This document shows, in pieces, positions 31,801 to 46,800 of a stretch of 64,000 nt of DNA. The position numbers and the translations under genes are program-made. The notes under the pieces are model-generated. The model searched no databases and was not told where the DNA came from. It saw only the letters and a program-made list of their open reading frames with translations. How positions within the stretch are numbered: the first letter of the stretch is position 1; each line of letters begins with the position of its first letter. The stretch comes from Macrostomum hystrix (lineage: Eukaryota > Animalia > Platyhelminthes), in NCBI GenBank assembly GCA_950097015.1, contig CATNEN010000001.1:21390001-21454000 (forward strand). Reading direction: 5' to 3'.

Positions 31801-34800
31801 GATCTATTAAAAATTAGAATAATACTTCTATGCTTTATTTACTACTATTAGTATATAGTTGAACTAAATACAGCGTTGCTACGAGGGAGTGACAGTTTTT
31901 GACGTGATGTCCACTCCAAACCTAACAAACTAAAAGTACTTAACTGATTCACTAAATAGCTTACAATTAATTTGCATCTACGAAGTCGACTATAAGCATT
32001 TGATATCTAGAGATTTGGGATCATCAGAGATCTAGATTTGGTATCAGAGATCTAGATTTAGGATAAGAGATCTAGATTTGGGATCAGAGATCTCGATTTG
32101 GGATCATCAGAGATCTAGAGATTTGGGATCAGAGATCTAGATTTGGGATCAGAGATCTAGATTTGGGATCAGAGATCTCGATTTGGGATCATCAGAGATC
32201 TAGAGATTTGGGATCAGAGATCTAGAGATTTGGGATCAGAGATCTAGATTTGGGATCAGAGATCTAGATTTGGGATCAGAGATCTAGATTTGGGATCAGA
32301 GATCTAGAGATTTGGGATCAGAGATCTAGATTTGGGATCAGAGATCTAGATTTGGGATCAGAGATCTAGAGATTTGGGATCAGAGATCTAGATTTGGGAT
32401 CAGAGATCTAGATTTGGGATCAGAGATCTAGAGATTTAGGCTCAGAGATCTAGATTTGGGATCAGAGATCTAGAGATTTGGGATCAGAGATCTAGATTTG
32501 GGATCAGAGATCTAGATTTGGGATCAGAGATCTAGATTTGGGATCAGAGATCTAGAGATTTAGGCTCAGAGATCTAGATTTGGGATCAGAGATCTAGAGA
32601 TTTGGGATCAGAGATCTAGAGATTTGGGATCAGAGATCTAGAGATTTGGGATCAGAGATCTAGATTTGGGATCAGAGATCTAGATTTGGGATCAGAGATC
32701 TAGATTTGGGATCATCAGAGATCTAGAGATTTAGGATCAGAGATCTAGAGATTTGGGATCAGAGATCTAGAGATTTGGGATCAGAGATCTCGATTTGGGA
32801 TCAGAGATCTAGAGATTTAGGCTCAGAGATCTAGAGATTTGGGATCAGAGATCTAGATTTGGGATCAGAGATCTAGAGATTTAGGCTCAGAGATCTAGAG
32901 ATTTGGGATCAGAGATCTAGATTTGGGATTAGAGATCTAGATTTGGGATCAGAGATCTAGAGATTTAGGATCAGAGATCTAGAGATTTGGGATCAGAGAT
33001 CTAGAGATTTAGGATCAGAGATCTAGAGATTTAGGCTCAGAGATCTAGAGATTTGGGATCAGAGATCTAGATTTGGGATCAGAGATCTAGAGATTTAGGC
33101 TCAGAGATCTAGAGATTTGGGATCAGAGATCTAGATTTGGGATTAGAGATCTAGATTTGGGATCAGAGATCTAGAGATTTAGGATTAGAGATCTAGAGAT
33201 TTGGGATCAGAGATCTAGAGATTTAGGATCAGAGATCTAGAGATTTAGGATCAGAGATCTAGAGATTTGGGATCAGAGATCTAGAGATTTAGGATCAGAG
33301 ATCTAGAGATTTAGGATCAGAGATCTAGAGATTTGGGATCAGAGATCTAGATTTGGGATTAGAGATCTAGATTTGGGATCAGAGATCTAGAGATTTAGGA
33401 TCAGAGATCTAGATTTGGGATCAGAGATCTAAAGATTTAGGCTCAGAGATCTAGATTTGGGATCAGAGATCTAGATTTGGGATCAGAGATCTAAAGATTT
33501 GGGATCAGAGATCTAGATTTGGGATCAGAGATCTAAAGATTTAGGATCAGAGATCTAGATTTGGGATCAGAGATCTAGATTTGGGATCAGAGATCTAAAG
33601 ATTTAGGCTCAGAGATCTAGATTTGGGATCAGAGATCTAGATTTGGGATCAGAGATCTAGAGATTTGGGATCAGAGATCTAGATTTAGGATCAGAGATCT
33701 AGATTTGGGATCAGAGATCTAGATTTAGGATCAGAGATCTAGATTTGGGATCAGAGATCTAGATTTGGGATCAGAGATCTAGATTTGGGATCAGAGATCT
33801 AGAGATTTGGGATCAGAGATCTCGATTTGGGATCAGAGATCTAGAGATTTAGGCTCAGAGATCTAGAGATTTGGGATCAGAGATCTAGATTTGGGATCAG
33901 AGATCTAGAGATTTAGGCTCAGAGATCTAGAGATTTGGGATCAGAGATCTAGATTTGGGATTAGAGATCTAGATTTGGGATCAGAGATCTAGAGATTTAG
34001 GATCAGAGATCTAGATTTGGGATCAGAGATCTAAAGATTTGGGCTCAGAGATCTAGATTTGGGATCAGAGATCTAGAGATTTGGGATCAGAGATCTAGAT
34101 TTAGGATCAGAGATCTAGATTTGGGATCAGAGATCTAGAGATTTGGGATCAGAGATCTAGATTTGGGATCAATTATCCTAAAATTGATTAAACACAAATA
34201 CAGAGTACAAAATAAAGCATTAGATGACAAGCGGTTAATTGCAGCAGACAGCACAGCACACACGGAACTGCTAGAGGGTTAACAGGTGATGGCAGGGAAT
34301 AGGTGTCACAGCAAAACTGCAGCTTTTATGTCTGACATTTGTTAAATAGTTACAATTAGTTTGATCGAGTGAATTTAAACAATGCTTTGATAATTTAGCA
34401 TTTGATTGATGAAACAGTTACAAATGAAGAAAGCTACCTAACAGCTGGTTAATGTGCTCAGACAGAATCTCAGATGGCCTCTGGTGCATTCCTGCAATTA
34501 AAATTATTAGCATGGCACAGCTCTAGAACACGGACGAAGGCTGGCTTCTCGCTAAGAAATTTCAATAATACGAGCGTAAACAGAATACTGCAGATAGCAA
34601 TAATATCAGGCTGGTTTCTGTAGAATGAAAATAGGATCAATAAAGTACAAACTGTGTTCAGACGTTTAGACAAAACAAACTCACGCCAGACACTCAACTG
34701 AATAAACTAAGCCTCACGTTTGGGAGCAGGCTGTGTACAACTGACCAGTCCATGGACACAACCACCGACCCACACTCCTACCCAAGCTAAGCAGTCCATG

Positions 34801-37800
34801 GACTGAATGCAATAGCTGCGGCTGTACATCTAGCTCAATCAACTGGGCAAGGTGGGAATATATTATATCCTTATTTACACCCCTCTCACCTTCTTCTTTG
34901 TGTGACGTAAAAGGACAATTTAATCAAACTTATTTGTACTATTATTTGTGATTCATAATTTTGTTAGCTTAAAGCTGTTCTGCACCGGGTGAAGGGGGTA
35001 ACGAGTGGGTACATAAATTAACTGATGCTCCAAGCTAGAACAAAATGGTTGGCGGTGTTCAAACAGCAAATATGCATTGGTAAATAACGAGATAGAAAAT
35101 ATGTAATACTAATATTTCATGCAAAAAGCTTTATGTGCTTAAATAACAGATTTTGCAACTGAAGGTCAAGGTAATTTAGAGATGAGCAAGTTTACTCACG
35201 CCTCGGCTGGAGCATTACTTGTCGCTTCTTCTCTGGTGGCTTTGACCCGCCCTGAAATTACAGAAATAATTAGCTTTATAAACCATTCCTAAATGCTGCT
35301 ACTTAAAGTAGTTATTTTTGCAGCACTAGAAAAATTCGCCTCACGGTCATGAGTCCGCCGACATAGTCCGAGGTCATCTTGTCCTCCTGTGTGCTTGGCA
35401 ATTCGCCTGTGTACAAGTCTGTGGACTGATGCAGAATCTCTAGCACTTTGTCCAGTGCAGCCGCCACAGCTGGGGTGCTGTTCTCCTGGGCAACACCGAT
35501 CAGGTTGATCACCTAAAAGTACATTTTCAGCGCAAGTTATAAAAAGCGGCAAATAAAAACGTAAAAAACGTTTTTTTAGAACTAAAACTAAACTCTCTGA
35601 GCAATTAAATATTCAAAAAATGTGTTTTTAAATGTACATTTCCAATGTAAATTTTGAATGTACATTTCCAATGTACATTTTGAATGTACATTAGCTTGGA
35701 GAGCTTTGGCTAGCATATGTACATCGAGCACGTACATTGAATGGAAACGTGCAAAATTCTAAAAAACGACTTAGAGTAGCTAAAAAGGTGGCTAGAAAAG
35801 AATCTCACTTTATGAATCGGAGCTTCGATAGTGACGGAATTCAATCGGCCAGTGCCGGAGTCCTTGCGATTCGCTGACTTGAAACCAGTCATCAGAGCTG
35901 CATGGGGGCATTGTGTGTGTGGGGTGTGCCTTTTGTTTAACCACATAGATAGATATTGTCAACTGAATAGCTCGCAAATTTATTATAGAATTCGTTTGTT
36001 ACACTACGGATAAAATCAATCCTTATTTTGATCGCAGGGATTTTAACAGTGACAAAAATCAATAGCGTCGCACCAACTAAAAAAGCTACGAGGCAATTTT
36101 TCAGTCGGCAATCTTAGAATAGAAATTCAATCAGAAACAGACTAGGAATTTTCTTTGAGTCGCAAAAAGAGTTGGGCTAAAATTTATCGCTAAAATAAAA
36201 TCTGTCGGCCCTACTAACTGTCAGATATCAGATAGCTGTCTTTTCCTTATTCTTTCTCCCTCTGTCCTCTCTCATTCGTTTAGAAGAAGATTAAAAGACA
36301 CGAAAAATTTGCCGCAGGGTCGACAATCAGAATTTTACAGCGAATCGAACGAAAAAAATCTGAGAATTTTAATAATCCGACAGCTGTAACCAAAAACTGA
36401 AAATGGAAATTAACTTTTCTAGAGAGAACGATTGCGGGGATTAATAGAGAAAAAATCGATAATTCCTGTCTCCCGCATGGCGACGAAAGTCACCCAGTTG
36501 CTAGTCAGATGGGGGAGAATATTTTTAAAACGACTTCGCAGGTAAATGGGAGTTTTTTAGGCAGCCGGGGCATTGGAGTGGAATGCAGTTTCTGATTCCA
36601 AACGGAAGCACTGGCCTCCACCCCCCCAACTGCTGCCTAACCGTCAAAGTGCATGAGGGGAGCGCTGCAGATGGACAACACTGATGGCTTGCGGGACTGG
36701 CTCAGGCCCGGCAGATCTGCAGGAATTCGATTGGGGATAGTTGGACTTAGTGAGGCCTGCACTTTATCATCGCTGCGTGTTAATTGCTAGAAAATGGTGC
36801 ACGTTGTTTACGCACTATTCTATGCAGCTGTTAGTGAGTAAATTATTAGTAATAGTAGTAAAACCGAAATTATCGAACAATTAGTATTTAACATAGGTTT
36901 TACAGTAGAAATTTTTACGTGACATTCCTGTACAATGTACTTAGACGCTTAAAGATTTTACAATGTATTTTAGACAATAAACTCTGAATGAATAACTAAA
37001 CAATAGGCATATAAAACTCGTATTGTGATGTGCACTGTTAGAAATTATTTTTACTATGTTAGCAATTGAGTTAGTAGGGCATAAGCATACGATGGAATAT
37101 GCAAATATTAGACGTAAAACATATAAAAGCCATGTCGTCTGTGTACAGGCAGTCAACAGTGACTCACATGCTTCCTTAGGCAGGCTGTAGTCGTGATAAG
37201 TATTCGGCAGATGCTTGTCGAAGCCGATACCGCTACCTTGCGGAGACTGCTTCAGGCAGACAAAGTGTTGCACTTTACTGTGGGTGAACACGGATAATGA
37301 TGCAATGACGTTTTCGAGTTAGCAAGAATAAGTTGAGGTCACAGGTATGAATTATTGTATTATTCCATACCATAGTATAGTTATTTTAGTATCTGTGTGG
37401 GTAAATTTACAAAAAAATTTCATCTTAAATTAAAAAACATTTCTCGTTGCCTTTAGAGATAAAAGTACTTTACCTGAATTTCTGCCAACCCACCCATCTC
37501 TATTAAAACAACAAAGAAACATAAACAGGATGTAGCTATTTTTTCCTGTATCGGGACATATAAGCGACCACCCCAGGAATGTACATTCGCGAGCGGATGA
37601 ACGTACATTAGATGTAGGCTAGGGTAGAGAAGTCACACGTCGACCGCGCGAATTAGATAAGATAAGTGTACAGTCGGGGTAGGGCGGAGAGGCGGCACTT
37701 TTTATCCTCCGCGGGGAGGGAATGTACGCAAGGGGTAGAGAGGAATTACTGAGTCACCTTTCCCCTCTGCGCCTGACCTGATTGGCTTACTCGAAATTTA

Positions 37801-40800
37801 CAGTAGGGGCTGTCAACAGCAGACTAGAAATAGGCACCAAAAAGCATCGAAACTCACCCTCTGCGTCCTTTGACTGGATAGACAAAATTGTGGTGATCAG
37901 CGCTGGCGCCTGATTTTCGCCTGCCGCTGACAGCGCCGTCCCATTCCTGCGTGATTGGGCGTGTGGCAAATGAGATTTAAGCGATGCGTAAATTTTGATA
38001 ATCAATACGTTTATTTGCTGATGTGAAATAGTGTGGGTCATTTTTCTTTGCCGCTCAACGCACCTTTCCTCGTCTCAAATGCTGCAGAAGGTTGCTGACC
38101 TCCTCTTCATTCTTGTCCGAGTGCATCACCTCAAACGAACTCTTGCCAAGCAGCTCGCTTTGCGCGAAGCCAAACATTCGCTCGTGAGCGGGATTAACGT
38201 ACTGCAAGCGAAGGAGAACGAAAGGGACATGTAATTAAAAAAGCAGGACAAAAATAGAAACAATCGGTAGAGATATTCGTTCAAGCTGTCATTCCAGGTG
38301 ACAGAAAGACTATAATCATAGCCTGTAAAGGGCTGTCGATTTATATCCTGTCAGTTCGTACTGTTTATCTGTCAACTGTCAATAGTCTGTAAGGCTGTAA
38401 ATCAGTTTGTAGGAATGTCAATGTTGTAAGAATGGCAGGGGCTGGATTTATAAAAATGTTTTGGCGGTTACAAATGCCGTAATCCAGGGGCCGGCAAACT
38501 CCGGCCCTCGGTCTCATCTCTCCCCTGTCTCATCTCTCCCGTGTCTCATCTCTCCCCCTGTCTCATCTCTCCCCTGTCTCATCTCTCCCCTGTCTCATCT
38601 CTCCCGTGTCTCATCTCTCCCCTGTCTCATCTCTCCCCTGTCTCATCTCTCCCGTGTCTCATCTCTCCCCTGTCTCATCTCTCCCGTGTCTCATCTCTCC
38701 CCTGTCTCATCTCTCCCCTGTCTCATCTCTCCCCTGTCTCATCTCTCCCCTGTCTCATCTCTCCCCTGTCTCATCTCTCCCGTCTCATCTCTCCCGTGTC
38801 TCATCTCTCCCCTGTCTCATCTCTCCCGTCTCATCTCTCCCGTGTCTCATCTCTCCCCTGTCTCATCTCTCCCGTGTCTCATCTCTCCCGTGTCTCATCT
38901 CTCCCCCTGTCTCATCTCTCCCCTGTCTCATCTCTCCCGTGTCTCATCTCTCCCGTGTCTCATCTCTCCCCTGTCTCATCTCTCCCGTGTCTCATCTCTC
39001 CCCTGTCTCATCTCTCCCGTGTCTCATCTCTCCCGTGTCTCATCTCTCCCCTGTCTCATCTCTCCCGTGTCTCATCTCTCCCCTGTCTCATCTCTCCCGT
39101 GTCTCAACTCTCCCTTGTCTCATCTCTCCCCTGTCTCATCTCTCCCGTCTCATCTCTCCCGTGTCTCATCTCTCCCCTGTCTCATCTCTCCCCTGTCTCA
39201 TCTCTCCCCCTGTCTCATCTCTCCCCTGTCTCATCTCTCCCGTGTCTCATCTCTCCCCTGTCTCATCTCTCCCCTGTCTCATCTCTCCCGTGTCTCATCT
39301 CTCCCCTGTCTCATCTCTCCCGTGTCTCATCTCTCCCCTGTCTCATCTCTCCCGTGTCTCAACTCTCCCTTGTCTCATCTCTCCCGTGTCTCATCTCTCC
39401 CCTGTCTCATCTCTCCCCCTGTCTCATCTCTCCCCTGTCTCATCTCTCCCGTGTCTCATCTCTCCCGTGTCTCATCTCTCCCCTGTCTCATCTCTCCCGT
39501 GTCTCATCTCTCCCCTGTCTCATCTCTCCCGTGTCTCAACTCTCCCTTGTCTCATCTCTCCCCTGTCTCATCTCTCCCGTCTCATCTCTCCCGTGTCTCA
39601 TCTCTCCCCTGTCTCATCTCTCCCCTGTCTCATCTCTCCCCCTGTCTCATCTCTCCCCTGTCTCATCTCTCCCGTGTCTCATCTCTCCCCTGTCTCATCT
39701 CTCCCCTGTCTCATCTCTCCCGTGTCTCATCTCTCCCCTGTCTCATCTCTCCCGTGTCTCATCTCTCCCCTGTCTCATCTCTCCCGTGTCTCATCTCTCC
39801 CCTGTCTCATCTCTCCCGTGTCTCATCTCTCCCCCCTGTCTCATCTCTCCCGTGTCCCATCTCTCCCCTGTCTCATCTCTCCCCTGTCTCATCTCTCCCG
39901 TGTCTCATCTCTCCCGTGTCTCCCGTCTTTGTTGATCAAACGCCGACAACGCAGACAGCTTGAGTTGAGCTCGCGTTACTTTCACTAAATCAATCATACG
40001 AGAGACCATTCTCAAATGATCAAACGAAACACTTTTCACTATCAGTTGATTTCAGACGAGCTAGGGTTCATTTTTTCATAAAAAAGCAACTCGAGGATTG
40101 AAAAAAATGTGATCAGAAATACAAAGAGACCGACAAGCCGCACTTCGCACACTCTAATTTACAAGCAAAGCCAAGCATGACAAGAATTGGCTAGGGCTAG
40201 CTGTGCTCAAGGGACTAGGCCTGCCTGAGTATTCCCGTCACGATCGCAACCTTGTAGTTTGTAGTAGATACTCGATGCTTCCCCGCCCCCCGACGTTTTA
40301 CTTTCTTCGAGTCTCCCGCTGAGCTACTAAATCTGATAGAGAGAATAGAGGAAAAAAGGCAGTCGGCAAGCAGGCAACAACGTGCCCCCTGTGCATCCAT
40401 GCCTAGCCTACTCCCAGGCCTAGGGGTGGGCACACACGCTGCAACTTCATGGATTGCGCTGGGATGCCTGGATTCGGCAGAAAGTCTGGGAAAAAACAAC
40501 TCCCAAAAGGAGAAGAAAAAGCAGCGGGTGGGAGGCAAGCTTCGAGGGGCGCAGCGGTTACGCAAGAGATTAAGCTGGATTAAGGGAGAAAGTTCGATGC
40601 AATATGCCGACTGGAAGGAAATGAGATAGGGGGAACAGATGAAAGGATTAGCAGTGTTGAAGGGAATCGATATTGATGGCTCTAGAGGGAGAGTCAGGAA
40701 ATAGACATGAGAGAGTCAGTAGTAGACAGGGAGAGAGTCAGGAAATAGACAGTAAGAGTCAGTAGTAGACAGGGAGAGAGTCAGGAAATAGACAGTAAGA

Positions 40801-43800
40801 GTCAGGAAATAGACAGAGAGAGTCAGGAAATAGACAGAGAGAGTCAGGAAATAGACAGAGAGAGTCAGGAAATAGACAGTAAGAGTCAGGAAATAGACAG
40901 AGAGTCAGGAAAAAGACAGTAAGAGTCAGGAAATAGACAGGAAAAGTCAGGAAATAGACAGAGAGAGTCAGGAAATAGACAGGAAAAGTCAGGAAATAGA
41001 CAGAGAGAGTCAGGAAATAGACAGGAAAAGTCAGGAAATAGACAGGGAGAGTCAGGAAATAGACAGGAAAAGTCAGGAAATAGACAGGGAGAGTCAGGAA
41101 ATAGACAGGAAAAGTCAGGAAATAGACAGAGAGAGTCAGGAAATAGACAGTAAGAGTCAGGAAATAGACAGAGAGAGTCAGGAAATAGAGAAGCAGAGAA
41201 GATAGTTTTCAATTTCTCAGCAACCAGCCGGGACCCCTAGAAATTAGATTACTACGCCCTGGTTTCCAGGAAAGTAGGCGGGATGGAAAGAGAGTAGGCA
41301 TGCAGATTCGACCAATGTCCAATCGCATTCAGATCGAGTTCTAGGCAGGCAATCAGTGCCTTCTTAGTCCATAGCTGCTTTTTGTTAATTTTAACTAGGA
41401 GTATAGAGTACATGCTCAGCTATATGAGACTGTCTGCAAGAAGCTCTTCATTATAGGCTGCCTCCAATGCCTAATACTATTAGGATCTGCATACATGTGT
41501 TACATGCTTCATTTGAGCAGTGATTCAAGCGTAAGCACAATCTGCTGCTGCTGCTGCTGCTGTTTCTGTCAGTTAACAACCATCTTAGATAATATGTTTT
41601 ATCTGTCAGCCTATCATATTTTTGAGTCGCTCGCTTGCCCTAAGTAGATGCAAAACAAGCAAATCTATCGAGCTTTGTGCTATTTCGAATTTGTTTGGTT
41701 GAGCGTGACGATATACAATGAGAACTCTGTCCAGTGTATCTAAGACTTGCTTAGAGCAAGACTCGAACTGAATGATGACAAAGACTACAAAACTGACAGA
41801 GAAGACGACAAAGACTACAAAACTGACAGAGAAGATGACAAAGACCACAAAACTGACAGAGAATATGACAAAGACCACAAAACTGACAGAGAATATGACA
41901 AAGACCACAAAACTGACAGAGAAGACGACAAAGACCACAAAACTGACAGAGAAGATGACAAAGACCACAAAACTGACAGAGAAGACGGCAAAGACTACAA
42001 AACTGGTAGAGAAGATGACAAAGACTATAAAACTGACAGAAAATATGACAAAGACTATAAAACTGACAGAGAAGATGACAAAGGTGGCTCACCTGAATTT
42101 GGAACTTATCGTTGGTGATCTCCACAGCGTCGGAGCAATGGGCAAGCGCAGTCGCCAGGGCGCCGAACGCTGCCAGCTTTTGTTGGCATCGGAAATTGTT
42201 GTGCTGAGTACTGAGCAGCTCTTCGCAGCAGGCATCGATGCTGATGCTTTCTTGGAATTTCTGTAGCGAAATTGCGAAGAGAATAATAATTAAAACATCC
42301 CACATTGCCTTGCCACTTAGCGTTTCACGAATCGGAGACAATTTTCAGACCGATCCCAATCTTAATCGTTTCTAACCAATCACAGAAACTCTTAACATTC
42401 TAGCCAATCAGATATTCTCGTTCCCTTCTGACCAATAAAAACCGCTCTCCTTTCTAACCAATAAGAATCGCTCTCGTTTCCAACCAATCAAAGTCGCCTT
42501 GATATCTGACCAATCTGATCTGACCAAAAGGCGCGAAGAAAAAATTTCTAATTGTCAGACTCAAAGACAATCTTCTTAGCTAACTTGATTACCCACTGCT
42601 CGGATATGATCAGCTCAAACGCTTAGAAAGGAAGACAGCTCTAAGCTAATTTTGGGCAATCGATTCTCAATTGAGATGATCATTTCTTGATGAGGCTGAC
42701 AGACTCCAGTAGATGTGTTCGATCGCTAATTAGATTTCACTCGTCGCAGTTCTCACAGAATTCGCAGCACTCTAACTAACAAAATTAACCAACAAAAGTA
42801 ACGGAACTTTCAGCTTCATCTAGCACTCCGATAGATTTGTGACACTCTCAGTGTTGATTCGTAAATGCTCCAGTTATAAATCATTTTTCTGTGCTCAAAC
42901 TGAGAGAACTCCTAAGCATTGTGGATGAGCATGGGAAGGAGATATTATAGAGGGAGGATAAATTGTTGCGGACGGAGCAGGGGAAGGCATTGGGGGGATA
43001 AATGTCTGGCCGCTGAAATCTGGCGTCAATCTCACCATCTTCTCCCGGCCTCCAAATTCCAAAGCCGTCACAATCCGCGGCTGCTGGGACGCGACCCCGA
43101 TCCCACATTTTCCTACCAGCCCGGCCCCATCTTATCTCAGCCCGCTTTCCAATTCACCCGCACAATAAGGGGATATCGCTATGAGAGGGAGGCCTGCTCA
43201 CTTCTACTAAAAAATTGGGATTATTATTGGCCCATTGTGCAGGGGTGAATTAAAAAATAACCGAGGCTGCTGACGTCAATGCGAATATCACAATGACGAT
43301 GGGGAGAATTTTCCCAATTTATTTTTAGAAACGAAAAGCTCGCGAGCTTGCACTGGTGGGCTGTCTGCTCCATTGAAAGCCTTCGATAATTGACTCACCG
43401 CAGGTACTGGGGGTGTGTGATAGGAGACAGACGTGTAGAGATAGGATGAGATGGGATGGGAGAAATTAGTTTCATGCTTTAAACGCACCTTGTCGTATCC
43501 TAATTGCAGCAGAGAATGCAAACTGGCGGGACTCTTTGATCTGAAAATAAAAAGAATTTAGTTTTAAATGGTAAAATATTTACTGGTTGTGGAATTTCGA
43601 GGGAAGTTTCGGAAAATTTGAATTTCAGGAAAATTCGAAGCTTTTGGAACAGGTAAATTTTCGGTAAAGGGAAGTTTGGGAAAACGAAAGCTTTTGGCAA
43701 GGGAATTTAGTGGGGAATATTTATTTTAGGGAATCAAGAACCTCCCGCTATCTCACCCCGCCTTGGTGACAGCGGTGAAGGTGCTGGCAGCCGAATGGCT

Positions 43801-46800
43801 GACGGACCGGAACGACTTCATCAGCGAGTCGGAGTCCAGGCCGGGCAGGCCGCGCCGGTCGATGATGACAGCGTCCTGCTGGCCGGAGATGTACGCCTCC
43901 ATGGCCGCATCGGAGCTGGAGACGGACTGGCAAGCCAGGGAGAGCTTCTCGGCTGCCTTTGCGAAGCACAGGCTGAGCGCGTCCTCGCGTGGAAACACCA
44001 GAAGCACCTGGAATGGGGTATTAGTGAGCTGTGCTCATCTCGACTGCTCAATACTATATTTGAGAATGAGAAGGCACGGAAATGAAGTCACGTATAATCC
44101 ATTTTTCAATATTTTGAGGCAAAGATTTTGTTTGTCATGACAGAAGTGATTAAAATATGTTTCTTAGAAATTTAGTTGCGGCTATATTTTCCAAGAAATT
44201 CAACTTGGTCACGTGGTTCCGTTTCTATGAACTAAAACAACGGTCACGCATGGACTTCAAAAAAATCAAAATAGTCATAGGGTTATTTTCTAAGAAACCC
44301 AAATGCATACATAGAGTGCCCTTTCCAAGAATTTCAAATACCGTCATAGTGTCCTCTCCTAGAAACCCAAATGCATTCGTAGGTGAAACTTTCTAAAAAG
44401 TCTAAGCAGTCATAGAGAGCCGTTATTAAGAAATACAAATTTAAATTCACAAAGGGCCTTTTCTAGGAAATGCAAATCCTAACGAGTTATTCGATGGATT
44501 TATTTTCCTGGCAATTGAGTACGGGCACGTGGTTCTATTTCCAAGAAAGCTGTCTATGGCTTACAAAGAAATAAAAAGATCCCTTTGGTTCTCTTTTGAA
44601 AACTATTCGACTAGTATAGTATAGCCAGTGAGTACAGGCAGTTATTAAAAGTGCATAATAGCAATTCTATTGCGGTATCTGCAACAGCAACTGCACGCCT
44701 ACTAATATATTGCAACTTAGTAAGTCGAAAATTAATGACATTACAATATGCGAGTCTCAGGAAGAGAAGAATCACTATTGGAGAGTGTAGCATAACGCCA
44801 CTATGCCAGGCAGGACTATCTTCTGCTAATAATTCCTATTCCCATCTCCATCCATTAGTGTTGGGGATTTCGCTTTGGGCAGTGTTCATACCCCAAGTTT
44901 CTCGTGCGAGATATCAGAACCCCCCCGATGCTATCTCAATTTCCCCTCATGCGGTCTGTCCGTCTGTTGATTTTCACTAAATGACTGCTTTATAGGCAGC
45001 AGCAGCAGCAGCAGCAGCAGCAACATAGAAATGCCTCCTTCAATGACATTGTGCTTCAATGAAAAAAAGAAATTTAGAATAGATTTTAAAACCAAAATAA
45101 TAATAATAATTAATAATAATAATAGTTAATAATAATAATAATTAATAATAATAATAATTAATAATAATAATAATTAATAATAATAATAATTAATAACAAT
45201 AATAATTAATAATAATAATAATAAATAATAATAATAATTAATAGTAATAATAATAAATAATAATAATAATTAATAATAATAATAATTAATAATAATAATA
45301 TTTGATTACACCTGCCCCAATAGGGTCCGGCGCATCTGAAGGCTGCGTACGGCTGTTCAGTCCATGGACTGGGGGGACGCCACACCCACCTTCAATTATC
45401 CCAGCTGATGCTGGTACCCATTTAACAGCTGGGTGAACTGAAGCAATGCAGAGTTAAGTGTCTTGCTAAAGGACACAAATTGTTCCAGTGGAGACGGGAA
45501 TCGAACCCCCGACCTTCAAGTCGTGAGTCCGACGCCCTAACCACTAGACTACAACCTCCCACTAGGCTACAACCTCCCTATTAAAAACATAATATGATGT
45601 ATATATTCGTGCAAATTAAAAATTTGCGGGTCTGGTGTCACCAAATGATGTGCCATTGCACGCAGCCCTCCTGCAATTATTACTACTATTAATAAAGTAT
45701 TAAAATAATAATTTGTCAACTTACCGACATTGCGTCATCCTCCGGAAGCATTCCGTTGATGTTGGGCAGAATCTGTTGGAGGTAAATTTATGATCATATA
45801 CAATATTTATTGAGGACATTAATGAAGGTATCATTGAAACATGACTCTGAATACTTCTGACTGCAATGCTGCTCCACCTAACCTGTTCTGTTGAGTAGTA
45901 AGTGACCTCTAAACTGCTTCTCCGACTGCTAATGCTGTTGCTGCCGCTGCTGTTGCTGCGGCGATAACCTGAGCCTGGAACTCGTCCGCCGTCTCTGGAC
46001 ATGTCCACAGCTCCGCTTTGCTTCTCTTTTGGATTGCCGACAAATTCGGAATCAGCCTTTTTAGGCCGCTAAAAGTCCCCAAAAAACGAAATCCTATTTT
46101 TCTTTGTTTTGAAATCTTCTGGACTCGATTCGCAGATTCGCTTTTCAGAAAAACTATAAGAAATGAAACAAAAATAAAACTACGAGTATAAACACTTCAG
46201 CGGCGAGTTTTGGGCGCTGAGAGTGTCAAATAAATGAGCAGGCTGCAGAAAAATGGCTGCGCTCTCAAAAATATAAAAAGAGAATAAAAGCAACAGAAGG
46301 AGACAGAGAGAGAGTTAAGAAAGATGAGCGAGAAATTCTAGCCTTAGCTAACTGTGATCACTGATTCGCGAATACCATCTCTCTCTCACTCTCATTCTTA
46401 TTTTCTGCAGTCTAAACCCTGTGGCAACAGCGCCAGGTGAGCAGTGACGGTGTGAGCACACAGATGGGGCAAGAACTACTCACTTCTGCTTGGAGAGCCA
46501 GTCAGGTGGCTGTATCTGATGAGTTTTTGCTTTTATTTTTTTTTATAAAATATAACAGAAATAATAAACTGGGGGCAACAACGGGAGGGAAACCAGAGAG
46601 GCTGCAGAGTCCGCGTGAGAGGAATAGAGATTGAGCAGGGTTAAATAGGGCTGAGTACGGGGGCGAAAATGCTTCATTCTTCTGTTCCCAACAATATCCC
46701 CCTATGCTGCGAGGCAATTTTAGTTACTAAAAGAGGAAAATAGGAGAGAAATAGATTTGCGGGGGCAGGAACAGACAGATCAGGTGGGGCAGAGGTGACC

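Noticed and set aside
38461-39988. Long ORFs over tandem arrays (also 4244-4846, 19217-20496, 20979-22016, 49324-50052, 50992-52703)
   Set aside because: Stop-free repeat units, often open in several frames at once, in intronic or intergenic positions.
41747-42118. FLAG-tag-like DDKDYK peptide repeats suggesting a synthetic construct
   Set aside because: Chance antisense translation of a 30-bp intronic minisatellite; not DYKDDDDK, and no vector sequence is nearby.
43399-43406. 8-nt microexon (cag|TACCTGCG|gtgagt) in PDE8
   Set aside because: It would shift the frame between two phase-0 exons, and no compensating exon was found.
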